From the IMG/VR virus record IMGVR_UViG_3300047157_000162, positions 32,001 to 96,000 of that record: DNA of 64,000 nt. One strand, given 5' to 3'. The notes beneath the pieces were generated by a model. That model was given only the letters and a program-made list of their open reading frames with translations, had not been told where the DNA came from and made no database searches. This DNA comes from a virus. Position numbers and translations under genes: made by a program. Positions 62,479 to 64,000 of this stretch are shown here, in pieces (the stretch's first letter is position 1; the number at the start of each line of letters is the position of its first letter).

Positions 62479-64000
62479 TATTTAATGTTTTTTTCTTTAG
62501 CCATTTTTTCTAAATACTTCTTTTGTAAAGTAATAGTTTTATATCTAAAAAAGGTTTCTTTTTCTTTCTTATTTAAAGCATAGAAACTCTTTTCTAAAAA
62601 GCTTTCTTTTTAGCTTTTTTTCTTAGCTCTAGTTGCTTTTGCTTTTTCTTTACCTTCTTCTTTTCTTCTAGCTTTAGCTTCTGTTTTTATAAGTTCGTGC
62701 TCTTCATTCTCTGCGCCAACATCCCAAGATCTCCAACCTAAAGCAAGAGCTACTCTTTGCCAAACGGTGTTTCTATAATCTAACGCTTCAGTTAAAGCAT
62801 TCACTTCTGTAACAGCTCTGTCTAAAGGTAGGTTTGTAAGACCTTCAGTTACCGCGCCTAATACTTTATATGAAGGACTTAAATTAAATTTACCGTCTAT
62901 AGTAACATCCCATCCTCTTTTTTCAATAACATCTTTTTCAAATTTTTTGTTTGAATAGCGCTGTAAACTTTTCTACCTTTTGATCCAATAGAGGGAATTA
63001 TATTAAAAAAAGCTAGTATTGTATATGCATGATCAGCCATAAATCCCTTTTCTTCTTGCTTATTATACTCCATGGCAAGGTTTTTAATCATAGATATACC
63101 AGCACCGGGTAAACCAAATCCTCCTTTTAAAGTAGTATCTATCATACCATTTATTATTCTACCCTGCTTTGTGCTATACACTTTTCCATACTTCTCTAAT
63201 TGCTCTTCTTCAGTAAGCTCATCATCTTCTTCTTCAAATCCAGGTATTAAAGCAAATAAGGCGTTCTGCAATGCAGAGAATATAATGTTTTGAACAGTAC
63301 CATAATATATAATTTTACTAAAATTAGAAAAATTACTTTGGGCTAGCGTTAAGCCAGGAGTTCGTCTTCTGTTTTTTATATCTAAAGCAGCTTTCTTTAT
63401 AGACCTATTTAACTGTATAGGCGTATTTTGAAATGCTAAAAGCATTCTACCAACAATACTTGCTTGATCAGATGATATTAAAGCGGGATCACCAGACTGC
63501 TGAGTCTCTTCAGATATTTGACTAAAATCTTTAAAAGCCATTTCCTCTGCTTGCTCTTTAGTGTATAAAGCTTCACCGTCTTCATTTACTTTTTTCAGGT
63601 AAGATTTTATTCTATTTCTATAAAATGTAGCGCCACCTGCTGCAATAGCAAAACTATCTGCCATTTGCGTTGGGGTAAATCCAATTTTTAGCAAATAACT
63701 CAACGCGGCTGTTGCCTTATTCTTAGATCCTTTAACTGCTCTTGCAATCTCAGCTTCATTGACGTCGCTTTTTAAACCAGCTCTTCTTTGTTTAAGCTTA
63801 GACGAATTAAATAATGTTGCAAAATCAGACCAGTATTGTTTTTGATTAGCAAATGCTGCCGCTGCTTTCAAAGGGTTATTATCTGACCAATTAATAAAGT
63901 TTACTGTTGACAATGTTTGTAGTAATGCTGATCTCCTATTGAAAAACATTATCGCTCCAATAGAATTGTTAATCCAGGTATTCCACCTATTGGTATTATC
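62478..64000 (-). CDS. C-terminal part of a diverged homologue of the giant virion protein (partial, frameshifts near 62940 and 62610)
   Basis: MFFNRRSALLQTLS...GFTPTQMADSFAIAAGGATFYRNR...LAFQNTP aligns to aa ~1895-2287 of 239..7102. Confidence 0.8.

Overview
The window holds essentially one complete ~62.25 kb genome of an AT-rich, podovirus-like dsDNA phage. The host is probably marine Flavobacteria/Bacteroidetes; this is inferred from SD-less A-rich leaders, GNVGIGT tail fibres, a DUF285 protein and phage GroEL/GroES. The minus arm (42.8 kb to 1) carries tail fibres, groEL-groES, small basic proteins, holin, terminase, portal, scaffold, capsid, tail, internal virion proteins, a 2287-aa polyvalent virion protein and an M15 peptidase. 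The plus arm (43.1-61.5 kb) carries many small early genes, a tRNA(CAT), a sigma factor, ERF, exonuclease, SSB, primase-helicase, thyA, MazG, endonuclease I and nrdB/nrdA. No DNA or RNA polymerase gene is visible. The window then wraps into a diverged second copy of the M15/giant-protein locus. The main candidate novel system is a two-tier sigma cascade. Twelve fixed-spacing non-host promoter motifs (ACA-N5-RAYACGA-N9-GATAATAT) precede the early genes and the stand-alone sigma gene. An ECF-sigma-like domain is embedded, next to an HExxH protease, in the giant virion protein and could be injected to read them. A second promoter class (GTAA-N16-GTAA) precedes replication and structural operons. 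Many single-base frameshifts look like long-read errors. All family assignments are by eye; no searches were run.
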